DNA from: Octopus sinensis
Taxonomy: Eukaryota
Assembly (NCBI RefSeq): GCF_006345805.1
Contig: NW_021834493.1
Span: 1-49,207, forward strand
DNA: 49,207 bases
Reading direction: 5' to 3'
Shown here: positions 1-11,029 of the stretch, piece by piece
Position numbering within the stretch: the stretch's first letter is position 1
Layout: the number at the start of each line of letters is the position of its first letter
Made by a program: the position numbers and the translations under genes
The notes under the pieces: model-generated
What the model saw: only the letters and a program-made list of their open reading frames with translations
The model's database searches: none
What the model was told of the DNA's origin: nothing

Positions 1-245
1 GTCTCAGTAAGGATAAAGAAAGGGAAGCAATGTGTCGTTTCGGCAAGCCAACTCTCTATATGGGGAATCTTCCATTTTTGGCAATATTGATGGGTTGATG
101 CCACATACATTTAATAGGAATGTCGAGGTAAGGGAAGTTTGATGTTTGCATTGTTCTAAGTTGGTTCAGTGGTAACAATGTGGGTAGTTCTTGTATGGAG
201 CTGTGTGTGTATGATTTTCTTGTTGGTAGTGGGTGTGTGGTCCTT

Positions 246-277
<32 letters not shown>

Positions 278-280
278 ATA

Positions 281-490
281 ATCGCCATGTTGATTCGTTA
301 GCTACTGCACGCATTTTTTTCTCCCTTCTTTCTGGTGTTTTTTTTCTCTCTGTGTATCTTTCTGTTGAAGACGTAGGCTCGAAACGTTAAAGACTTTTTT
401 TATTTATATTTCCTGAGCGCCATACTATACAATTGTTCGTTTGTTTTCCCCCTGCCTTCGCTTTTGTCTATTTTCATAAAGCTTTCCGTT
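281..490 (+). mobile_element. Short dispersed repeat (Penelope-like terminal repeat) with minimal hammerhead variant at 357-393
   Basis: UCUUU-CUGUUGA-A-GAC GUAG GCUC-GAAAC-GUU-AAAGA: 5-bp stem I, palindromic ACGU stem III; homologous to 14178-14371. Confidence 0.55.
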
Positions 491-557
491 ATATATACAT
501 GTATATACATACATATATATATATATGTGTGTCTACATATCTGTCTATAACATATAC

Positions 558-640
<83 letters not shown>

Positions 641-670
641 CATATATATATATGTGTGTATACATATATG

Positions 671-703
<33 letters not shown>

Positions 704-709
704 TACAAG

Positions 710-752
<43 letters not shown>

Positions 753-830
753 ATATATATATGTGGTGTATGTGTGTGTGTAAGTGCTACATGTATATAT
801 GTAAGTTGTATATACTAGCAGATATACCAT
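491..830. repeat. Compound (TA)n/(CA)n microsatellite
   Basis: Direct inspection. Confidence 0.95.
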
Positions 831-1094
831 ACCAGGCTTGCCTGGGTTAAAGAGAATAATGAAATTTTAAAACACTGTCTAGATTACACAGGCCTCAACT
901 GTTGGTGGGTGAGACACCAACTTTCTGCATTAATGACTCTCCGACCCATGCCAGCATGGAACATAGACGTTAAGGGAAATGTTAAAAGAAAGTTTTCAAC
1001 TCATATATGTATATAAAGTAAATACACATAATTGAAAAACACGTTTTGTATAGCTTATTTCAAAACCAAAAGACAGATACAAATTATAAACAAT

Positions 1095-1500
1095 AGGCGC
1101 AGGAGTGGCTGTGTGGTAAGTAGCTTGTTTACCAACCACATGGTTCCGGGTTCAGTCCCACTGTGTGGCACATTGGGCAAGTGTCTTCTTCTATAGCCTC
1201 GGGCCGACCAAAGCCTTGTGAGTGGATTTGGTAGACGGAAACTGAAAGAAGCCCGTCGTATATATATATGTATATATATATATATATATGCGTGTTTGTG
1301 TGTCTGTGTTTGTCCCCCTAGCATTGCTTGACAACCCATGCTGGTGTGTTTATGTCCCTGTTACTTAGCAGTTCGGCAAAAGAGACCGAAAGAATAAGTA
1401 CTGGACTTACAAATGAATAAGTCCCGGGTCGAGTTGCTCGATTAAAGGCGGTGCTCCAGCATGGCCGCAGTCAAATGACTGAAACAAGTAAAAGAGAGAG
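1095..1500 (+). mobile_element. SINE family A (tRNA head, CORE-like ttgggcaagtgtctt, internal microsatellite, tail gactgaaacaagtaaaaga), full length
   Basis: A box tggctgtgtggta, B box ggttcagtccc; multiple copies in the window. Confidence 0.85.
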
Positions 1501-1514
1501 TAAAAGAATAATGG

Positions 1515-1790
1515 AAGGCAGGTTTTGGTGATTCATTTGACAGAGGTTAGTAGAGAGCCAATCCGAGGATAAACCTGAGCTTGGATCTTGAAAGTTTGCA
1601 TGAATCCTGGCTCAGTTAAATCTCTTGTGGTTCCAAATGATGTCTTCTGTGGTGCAGCATTGTACGGTCTAATTTTGTTTTGGAAGTGCTTGGAATCTTG
1701 GAACAGTTTCTTGAATGGCTCCGGAGGCTGGAGGATTGTAGGGAGTTTGACCTTTCCACAACTGCAGTACAGTGCAGGTGTCACAACAGA
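1515..1790 (-). mobile_element. Helitron Rep/helicase N-terminal fragment
   Basis: CSCGKVKLPTILQPPEPFKKLF..SKHFQNKIRPYNAA...TSFG....FMQTFKIQAQVYPRIGSLL matches the Helitron pattern CCxxGKVxLP...IRxYNxAF.MTSFG...FKxQGQVYHRIGSL. Confidence 0.8.
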
Positions 1791-2247
1791 CCGCCGCTGG
1801 AATCTGGACAGCTCCTTGCCATGTTAAACACTGTGCAACCCATGCCAGCATGGAAAGCATATGTTAAACAATGATGATATATATATATATATATCGGAGC
1901 GATCCTCAAGATTAATCAGCCGAAATTGCTAGGATGATCCGGTTCTTGACTGAAGATTGAAGGCTTCGAATGTCCTGTCCGTGTTTTTTGTATCGTCTTC
2001 TAAATGTTTTTCATTCTTGTCCCAGTTTGTATTTTCCTACATATAATATATATATATATATAGGCAAATTTATAGATGTCACTAAAGTGACAGAGGGTAC
2101 AGAGTGGTACCAGCATTGCTAGAAATAAGAGTCAAAATGACTCATTAGCTACAAAAGCACTAGTAAGTTGACAAGGGAGACAAAGGCTCCTACGGTAGCA
2201 GATATAGCCATATCACCCACATTATATATATGTATATATATGCATCT

Positions 2248-2478
2248 TCTATCTTTCGTTTTTTATCTTTTACTTGTTGTTTCAGTCATTCGACTGTGGC
2301 CATGCTGGGGCACCGCCTTGAAATATTTTTTGTCAAATGAAGCAACCCCAGTACTTATTTTTTTAAGGCTGGTATTTATTCTATTGGTCTCTTTTTGCTG
2401 AACTGCTAAGTTATGGGGACATAAACACACCAACACTGGTTGTCAAGTGGTGTGGAGACAAACACAGACACACACACA
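2248..2478 (-). mobile_element. SINE family A, 3' arm only
   Basis: Reverse complement of the tail and right arm of 1095-1500. Confidence 0.75.
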
Positions 2479-2719
2479 TATGTTATTGGCCAGTGGTCCA
2501 TGAGTCAGAAAAGAAAGCTCACTCTAAAAGGAAATGTGGACAAGTTTACTTATATATTATCAAGTTGTGTATTCCTGGTGAGAAGTTACCATCGGCTTCA
2601 CACTTCCTCCCATTGCACTCAACAATATTGATCAAACTTTAAAGAATCTTTGCCAGAAGTGTGCGCACTAACATGTTATGTGCGTGTGCATGTCTGAGAA
2701 AAGCAGGCAGGACAAGTGA

Positions 2720-3208
2720 GCCCAGCCCACTTATGCATGCCTTTCCTCCCTTGGACACAAAGACCTGTTGAGGCAAGCGAAGTCGATATAGAACCTCATC
2801 CGACGACAGGCACCCATGCCAACCCCCTTTGCTTGCAAAGACATGATGGGGCAAGCGAAATCGAAATCGAATTAAACCAGCTAGTATCCCTGGTCTGGTG
2901 GTACGTAAAAAGCACTATCCGACTCGTGGCCGATGCCAGCGCCGCCTCGACTGGCCTCCGTGCCGGTGGCACGTAAAATACACCAATCCGACCGTGGCTG
3001 TTGCCAGCCTCGCCTGGCACCTGTGCAGGTGGCACGTAAAAAGCACCCACTACACTCACGGAGTGGTTGGCGTTAGGAAGGGCATCCAGCTGTAGAAACA
3101 TTGCCAGATAAGACTGGAGCCTGGTGCAGCCTTCTGCCTTCCCAGATCCCCGGTCAAACCGTCCAACCCATGCTAGCATGGAGAACGGACGTTAAACAAT
3201 GATGATGA

Positions 3209-3211
<3 letters not shown>
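2720..3211 (+). mobile_element. SINE-like family B (internal 63-68 bp modules, tggcgttaggaagggcatccagctg motif, (GAT)n tail)
   Basis: Modules ggtggcacgtaaaaagcacc at 2897, 2965 and 3028; tail ggacgttaaacaatgatgatgatg. Confidence 0.85.
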
Positions 3212-3264
<53 letters not shown>

Positions 3265-4080
3265 GTCATTATTCAGTTTATTTCAAGATTTCTTGCCAAT
3301 AGAGAAAGAACTGGTTTCTAACCTAGATCCAAGGTTCCTTCATTGGAATTTCAACATCAACAACAGGGTAGTTTTGTATGTATGTATGTATGTATTCTCA
3401 TACATATCGCTGCATATCTAGACATGCTCATATATATTTAAATGATAAACTTCTGGAAAGTTTTACAGATTTTTACAGTTCCAGTGATGAATTGGATCCG
3501 TAGTCTTCTTTCTGGATTTGAGAAGCCTAATTTTTCAAGATTGGTATTTAAGCAACGTGTTATATATCCCAGGGCCCCAATAATTTCAGGTATAAACCCA
3601 AACTTGTAATCTGGATAGAGTAACTGCAGATTTCTCAATAGTTCAGCATAGGTGTTCTCTTTTTCATTGATCTTCAGTTTTATGTTAACATCCCCTGAGC
3701 AGCTAATTTCCACAACTGTGCACAGTTTCTCTTCTCTATTGCAAATCATTATATCAGGTCTGTTGTGCTTACATTTTATTGAGGTCTTCACTGGGACATT
3801 CCACCAGTATTCCTTTTCATTATTAGTGGCTCTGGCTTCTGCCATATTGTGGATTCTTACTTCTTTATCCTTGCGATTATCCTTCCAACAGATTTCATTA
3901 TAGAGTGTAATAGCTCCAACGTCATGTCTCATCGGTGGATAATACTATGAAGACATTTTCGGACAGCTGCTTATGATTTGGGTGATATCTTCAGTGTGAA
4001 CTCCACAAAGTCTGCATCAGTTGTCACATTTTGTGAATTTTCCCGCATCTCTATCCCTTTTGTGCATCAAGTACTTGATA
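3265..4080 (-). mobile_element. 3' fragment of an RLE-type (R2/R4/NeSL-like) non-LTR retrotransposon
   Basis: Degenerate zinc knuckle CRLCGVHTEDITQIISSC, RHD, then restriction-like endonuclease RPDIMI...VVEIS...EKENTY..L...IIGALG; internal stops; followed by 3' UTR. Confidence 0.85.
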
Positions 4081-4143
4081 TGTATGTATGTTTGCATATA
4101 TGCATGCTTGCATGTATGTATGCATGTAATGTATGTAAGCTTG

Positions 4144-4192
<49 letters not shown>

Positions 4193-4434
4193 TATATATA
4201 TATATATATACTGAAACACTGATGCAAATAAATAGATAAAACTCCTTGGGTTCGATATACAGAATATATATACATATTACATGTGAATAAAGAAAAGGCA
4301 AAGACAAAATTTTCAAATGATTAATACTTATGTATAAATATATATATATATATAAGTATATATATACAGAGTGTTAAGATATTTGAAGACAGTTTTATGT
4401 TTATAAAAAAAAAACATATATAATAACAGATAAT

Positions 4435-5115
4435 AATCATCATCGTTTAACGTCCATTTTCCATGCTGGCATGGGTTGGACGGTTCAACCGGGGTCTGGG
4501 AAGCCAGGAGGCTGCACCAGGCTCCAGTTTGATCTGGCAGTGTTTCTACAGCTGGATGCCCTTCCTAATGCCAACCACTCTGTAAGTGTAGTAAATGCTT
4601 TTTACATGCCACCGGCACAAGGGCCAGAGGAGGCTGGCAACGACCATGATCAGTTGGTGCTTTTTACATGCCACCGACACAGACGCCAGTCAAGGTGGCG
4701 CTGGCATCGGCCACGTTCAGATGGTGCGTTTTACGTGCCACGAGCACAGGTAACACAGCTACAATTTCCATTCGGGACGGTTTGACTGAGGACTGGTGAC
4801 CCAGAAGGTTGCACCAGGCTCCAATCTGATCTGGCAAAGTTTCTACAGCTGGATGCCGTTCCTAACGCCAACCACTCTAAGAGTGTAGTGGGTGCTTTTA
4901 GGTGCCACTGGCACGAGGACCAGTGAGGGGGTACTGGCATCGGCCACGCTCAAATGGTGCTTTTTACATGCCACCTGCACAGGAGCCAGTCAAGCAGCAC
5001 TGGCAATGACCATGCTCGAATGATGCTTTTTTTATGTGCCACTGGCACAGGAGCCAGTCAGCGGCCCTGGCAACGATCACGCTTGAATGGTGCCTTTAAC
5101 GTTCCACTGGCAAAT
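4435..5115 (-). mobile_element. Two tandem family B copies (junction at about 4770)
   Basis: ctacagctggatgcc.ttcctaa.gccaaccact occurs twice; 3 and 4 internal modules. Confidence 0.85.
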
Positions 5116-5317
5116 CATCTACATGATCGAACCAAATAAACAGTCTTTCTGTTTATTTGCATCATTGTCTCCATGTCTGCTCACATGGATTCCCCTTGTA
5201 GCCACTCTTTACTCTGCTGACTCAGTCCTTGCTAAAGATATCAGAGTATCAGTTGAAGCTTTTTGGATGCAACTGTTTTCTATATAGAAAATGTCTGTCT
5301 CATCTGTTAACTCTATG

Positions 5318-5360
<43 letters not shown>

Positions 5361-5619
5361 CATATATATATATAGTGGTTTAATAAATTATGTGATTGGG
5401 TATTATCTGGTAGTTGATCATTGATTTAGATGTATTTCTCCATTTTCTTATTTTGTATTATTAATTTGTGGTAAAACATTTTACCTTTGCCCATGTAATA
5501 CAGTAAATGAATTAATTGCATCGCAATTCTTAACATTTATGTATTAGCTTTGTTGGGTACTTCTCTAGCAGTATATTGGATATATGTTATCCCATGGAGG
5601 GTTGCATTTACAACCCCTA

Positions 5620-5682
<63 letters not shown>

Positions 5683-5711
5683 CACACATACATATATGTG
5701 TACAGTTATAT

Positions 5712-6013
5712 ATGAGGGCGCATGGCTAGTGGTTAGAGTTGGATCCAAATCACGAGATCTTGGTTTCAATTCCTGGACCAATTTCTAGACAGGTTGTTTT
5801 CTTGAGCAAATCCCTTCATCTCATGTTGCTCTGCAACCACTTTGACACCTGACGCGTGGCACACCATGGCACCTGTTCAGACAACATCGATTTGGTGCAA
5901 AGAATGATTTAATGTGCGACACAAAAATTTGATTGCTAGAAACCATTCATTTGAACAGTTTGTGTGGCAAAAGCTGAATGCTCGTTCATCGTCTTTGACG
6001 GGTGAGTCCACCA
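5712..6013 (+). mobile_element. tRNA-derived SINE related to family D
   Basis: ggcgcatggctagtggttagag, ggtttcaattcc, ttcttgagcaaa. Confidence 0.65.
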
Positions 6014-6020
6014 CATACAT

Positions 6021-6060
<40 letters not shown>

Positions 6061-6291
6061 GTATGTATAATAATTTCTACATGTGTATGTGGGGTGGGGG
6101 CGTATTGCTGATGTCATAAGAATTATAAACTCTTTTGAGAGAATGTTCAATAATTTGCTTTTGAAACTGGATCTTGAAGTACATAGAGCTATAAATAATA
6201 GAATGTGAATATTGGACTGAAAATCACTTTTCGAATGAAAATGTCAGATGCTGCCTGTGGGATTGAAACCCACATCATCAAGAAAATATTG

Positions 6292-6365
6292 AAGGATGGC
6301 TTTGGTCCAGTGGTAGGACTCCTGTCGTGTCTACAGGAGATGCAGGTTCAAGTCTCAGAAGCAAC
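6292..6365 (+). pseudogene. tRNA-like relic or SINE head
   Basis: tggtccagtggtagga D-arm-like segment, perfect CCTGT/ACAGG stem with a non-canonical 7-nt loop, ggttcaagtc B box with broken T stem. Confidence 0.35.
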
Positions 6366-7207
6366 CTTAAACGTCTTCTATCTAAAAGGATTTCAGACCA
6401 ATATTTACTTGGTATTGTAGCTTATATGTACCTCAAGATCTAGCTCCCAGAAAGAATGTGTGTGTGGTGTGTGTGTGTGTACAGCTACAAACAGAAAGAG
6501 AGAGAGAGAGATGAGTATACCATTGTTATCATTATTATTTTTTTGTCCTATTTTCCTAGCCAGAATGGTTAAGATGGGCAGACATGTTCCAAATAATTCC
6601 TTTTCAAAAGTTACTTCCCTACCTCTGTTAGGGACCAGACCTCAATTATACATTCCACTTTTGAACATGTTTTTTCTATGGCTGGATGCCCCTTCTGACA
6701 CCAGCCACTGTTTATTGTGTACACCATCACCATCACCACCACTACAGAATTTGTGCAGTCTCCAACAAGACTGAAGATCCTTCTAGACTCTTCATTACCT
6801 CTGTCTGCTTGCCAGTGACTTTACACAGTGCAGTCAGCTTATTTTATCATGGCACCAGCACCAGTGAGGTTGCCTTGCCACTGAGAATTCCAGAGAACCC
6901 TTTCTACTTACATTGACGTCTGTTTTCTCAGGGCAACAGAATTTCCATGGTGGATAGACTAGAGAAGGGATGACAGAGAGGAGGATACAATACCGAGTGA
7001 GATGGCAGCATCAGTATAACAAAATGGAGAGCAAGTTTATGTGTGTGTGTGTGTGTGTGTGTGTAGATACTTTTGTGTTTATTTATGAGTGTGTGATACA
7101 GTGACATGCTGGTTGTTGGTAAGGATGTTGGATAGAAACCATCATGAGTAGAGTCATAGAGGAAAGAGAGAGTGTTAGAAAGGAGTATGATGAATGAAGA
7201 AGAGACG

Positions 7208-7239
<32 letters not shown>

Positions 7240-7284
7240 CGATAGGGAGGGAGGAAGAGAGAGAGAGTGGTAAAGAAGAGAAAA

Positions 7285-7392
7285 ACAGACAGACAGAAAG
7301 ACAGACAGACAAACGGATAGATAGATAGATAGATAGATAGACTGACAGACATACAGACAGACAAACAGAAAGACAGACAGACACACAGACAA

Positions 7393-7429
<37 letters not shown>

Positions 7430-7470
7430 CTGACAGAGAGACAGACAGACAGACTGACACACAGACAAAC

Positions 7471-7516
<46 letters not shown>

Positions 7517-7565
7517 GCAGACAGACAGACAGATAGACAGACAGACAGTCAGATAGATAGATAGG
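7285..7565. repeat. (GATA)n/(GACA)n tetranucleotide array
   Basis: Direct inspection. Confidence 0.95.
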
Positions 7566-7884
7566 CCATGGCCATCAATAGAGTAGTACCAATATAGAAA
7601 TAAGATCAGTGACACAGAGATGGAAGATGGAAGAGAAAAAAAATCTCACCCTTCTCCACAATTACCCTTCCAGGAGAAATTGAATTCTTTTGCAAAATAT
7701 AATTAATGTCGGCTGTTTTTATTAGATGAGATGTGTTGTGTAGATATGGCGAGGCACAAATACACACCACTGTATATACACACACATGCATGCATTGCTG
7801 TACATTCACACACATATATATATACACAGGCCACAGTTTAATGCAGATATTTACAGCTATATAAGCACTCACATACAACTATAT

Positions 7885-8162
7885 TTGTGTGTGTGTGTAT
7901 GGTTATATATATATATATATGTCTGTGTGTGGATGGGTGTATTTATGCATGTATGTATGTGTATATATATGTGTTTGTATAAATGTGTATATATACATTT
8001 ATGATGTTGTATTTGCAACTATTTATTTCTACCTACAAATTAACTTTGTAGACATATACACACACACACACACAAACATACGCATATATACTTCCATGTA
8101 TATATATACATATATATATCGATGTATTTATGTGTATATATATATATATGTATATATATATC

Positions 8163-8195
<33 letters not shown>

Positions 8196-8410
8196 CGATG
8201 TATTTATGTATATATATATGTGTGTGTGTGTGTGTTTATGTATATATATGCGTGTGTGTCCACATACACATTAACAAAGAAACTCTCCTATATATAAACA
8301 CAGAAAGTGAATCACCATCATCATCATCATCATCGTCATTGTTGCTGTGTTGTTGTTATTGTTGTTGTTATAAATATTATTATTGTTATTATTGTTATTA
8401 TTATATTTGA
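7885..8410. repeat. Compound (TA)/(TG)/(CAT)/(TTA) microsatellite field
   Basis: Direct inspection. Confidence 0.9.
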
Positions 8411-8807
8411 CTCTACCTCGAGCACAGTGTCACAACATAATTTGAATGTCACTCTAATTAACTCCAGCTATACATAAATATACACCCACACCCCAAACAC
8501 ACACACACACACATATAAACACGTACATATTTGTGCATATACATGTATATAAATGTGTGTGTGGTTTGGTATTGACAGAGAGAAAGAAAGAGAGAGGGAA
8601 AGAGAAGGCAAGAGATACATGTTTGCTGAGACACTTACAAATGTAATTATGTAAGAATATATGCTCCAGCATGACCAGACATACACCAGTTTGCAAGCAA
8701 ATATAGACTTAAAACAACATGTATATATTTATATATATCGAGATTTATATATATATACATACATATACATTTATACATATATATATATATATATTATATA
8801 TATATAT

Positions 8808-8840
<33 letters not shown>

Positions 8841-9517
8841 GTATATATATATTTGTATGTATATATATATACACACACGCACACATATACACACACATGT
8901 ATATATACATACATATACAGTGTGGCAATTTGTCCTTATATTATTTATAGCTAGATTAATGTACGTACTGTGTCGCAATTTGTGCTGTTTCAACTTAAAA
9001 GAAATTTGATTACCCCCTCCTACATGTAGGTACGCATGAATATGTGTATATATGTGCATATAAGAGTGTGTATGTGTGTATATGTATATATGGATGTATG
9101 TGTTTATCTATGTATGCATGTGTGTGTTGTGTGTTGACTGGCAAACTTTTATATCACAAAGACAACTGTACTCAATCCATAGAGTAGAGTCTGTAATTAT
9201 TTTATCAGAAACTGAGGCTTCTTGAAACGTAAATCTGCATATCCTATTATTGATTGTGTATACAATTAAAGACCTAGTAGCAGTATGATGATATAGAAGC
9301 TAAAATATTCAGAAACACTTTGAAATACTATTAGTCATTAAATTTTGATTGGTTACCAATGCAGGCCTGCATCTATACACAGGCAAATTCATGTGATATT
9401 TTCAATATCATATGTCTAAATCACACAGTGTCAAATGGGATTATCTTTCAGGGTATGGTTGCATAGAAACTAATTTAACCCGTAGGTATTTAGAAGTTGC
9501 TTAATAATCTTTTCTAC

Positions 9518-9722
9518 TCTAAGCACAAGGCCCGAAAGTTTTGTGGAGGGGAGGGCAGTCAATTAGATCAACCCAAGTACGCAACTGGTACTTAATTTAT
9601 CGATCCCAAAAGGATGAAAGGCAAAGTCAAGCTCGGCAGAATTTGAACTCAGAACATGAAGACAGACGAAATACCGCTAAGCATTTTTCCCGGAGTGCTG
9701 ACCTTTCTGGCAGCTTGCCACC
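9518..9722 (-). mobile_element. SINE family C (B box ctgagttcaaattc, body cctttcatcctttcggggtcgataaa..taccag)
   Basis: Reverse complement aligns with 25864-26068. Confidence 0.75.
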
Positions 9723-9978
9723 GGAAGTTTCTCAATAATAAGCGATGGAACTATTTGCAAAATTCCACCAATCACTGCCTTTGGTTTGACATCGTAATAG
9801 ACTGCCTTGGGGCATTTTAAAACCTTCCAAAGACCATCTGTAACCGTTCTTACTGGTGGAGGAGGCACCTATTTTTGTATTTATGAGCATAACTAATGAT
9901 GTTGTTGTTGTTGTTGTGTGCGTATGTGTGTGCTATATAAGTATTAATGTTATTATGTCTATATGTATATATATTTAT

Positions 9979-10168
9979 CGTGCCAGACAGAATGCTTAGC
10001 GGTATTTTGTCCATCTTTACAATCTAAGTTCAAATTCTACCAAAGCCAAATTTACCTTTCATCTTTTTGGGATCAATAAAATAAGTACCAGTGGTGTACT
10101 GGGGTTGACGCAATCAACTATCTTCTCCCCCAAATTTCACACCTTCTGCCTGTAGTAGAAAGGATTAC
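9979..10168 (+). mobile_element. SINE family C
   Basis: aagttcaaattc...cctttcatc...aagtaccagt...ctgggg. Confidence 0.65.
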
Positions 10169-10281
10169 ATCTATATATATTTATTACTGTTGCTATATAT
10201 GATATATATAAGAATTGGTGCTAATTATATGTGTATTTATTCGTGTTATGTGTGTATTATATGAATATCAGTGTTCTTATG

Positions 10282-10665
10282 TGTGGAAGCACTCCGTCGG
10301 TTACAACGACGAGGGTTCTGGTTGATCCGATCAATGGAACAGCTTGCTCGTGAAATTAACGTGTAAGTGGCTAAGCACTCCACAGACACGTGTACCCTTA
10401 ACGTAGTTCTCGGGGATATTCAGCGTGATACAGAGAGTGACAAGGCCGGCCCCTTGAAATACAGGTACAGCAGAAACAGGAAGTAAGAGTGAGAGAAAGT
10501 TGTGGTGAAAGAGTACAGCAGGGATCACCACCATCCCCTGCCGGAGCCTCGTGGAGCTTTCAGGTGTTTTCGCTCAATAAACACTCACAACGCCCGGTCT
10601 GGGAATCAAAACCACGATCCTACGACCGCGAGTCCGCTGCCCTAACCACTGGGCCATTGCGCCTC
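10282..10665 (-). mobile_element. tRNA-derived SINE family E with 13-bp target-site duplication
   Basis: Head gaggcgcaatggcccagtggttagggc...ttgattccc; cagtgttcttatg at 10269-10281 and 10666-10678. Confidence 0.9.
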
Positions 10666-10835
10666 CAGTGTTCTTATGAATGTAATATGTAAGTGATTCT
10701 GTCGTTATGTATGTAACGTGTAGGTAATATGAGATGTAAATATTATTTATATGATAAGTATGAGACTCTTTACATCTACACATGTTGTCTGTCTGTGAAT
10801 CCACAGCTTTTTAATAAATGTCTTTCTGTCGTATA

Positions 10836-10932
10836 TTAGAAGACACTTGCCCGAGGTGCCACACAGTGGGACTGAACCCGGGACCAAGTGGTTGGTAAGC
10901 AAGCTACTTACCACACAGCCACTCCTGCACCT
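10836..10932 (-). mobile_element. SINE family A, head only
   Basis: gaagacacttgccc...gggactgaacc...cacacagccactcctgcacc. Confidence 0.8.
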
Positions 10933-11029
10933 ATGTAAGGTTATGTATATAACATGTAGGTAATATACATAAATATTATTTATCTGATAAGTATGAGAAT
11001 CTTTACATAATATGTAATATTGTTAACTA

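Noticed and set aside
1-240. Possible Penelope RT or endonuclease remnant (GNLPFLAIL on +, NFPYLDI on -)
   Set aside because: Short motif-like words on opposite strands with no supporting context; cannot be called without a search.
1466-1495. SINE A tail agtc-aaat-gact-GAAAC-aa-GTA as a half hammerhead
   Set aside because: No CUGANGA upstream in any copy; better explained as an ordinary SINE 3' stem-loop.
1944-1980. CTGAAGA...CTTCGAATGTC as a hammerhead
   Set aside because: Only GAA rather than GAAA, no convincing stem II and no stem I; at most a remnant.
6292-6365. Functional tRNA gene
   Set aside because: Non-canonical anticodon loop, broken T stem and no acceptor stem; kept only as a relic.
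9205-9240. CTGAGGCTTCTTGAAACGTAAATCTG as a hammerhead
   Set aside because: Core lacks G8-A9 and stem II; chance similarity cannot be excluded.
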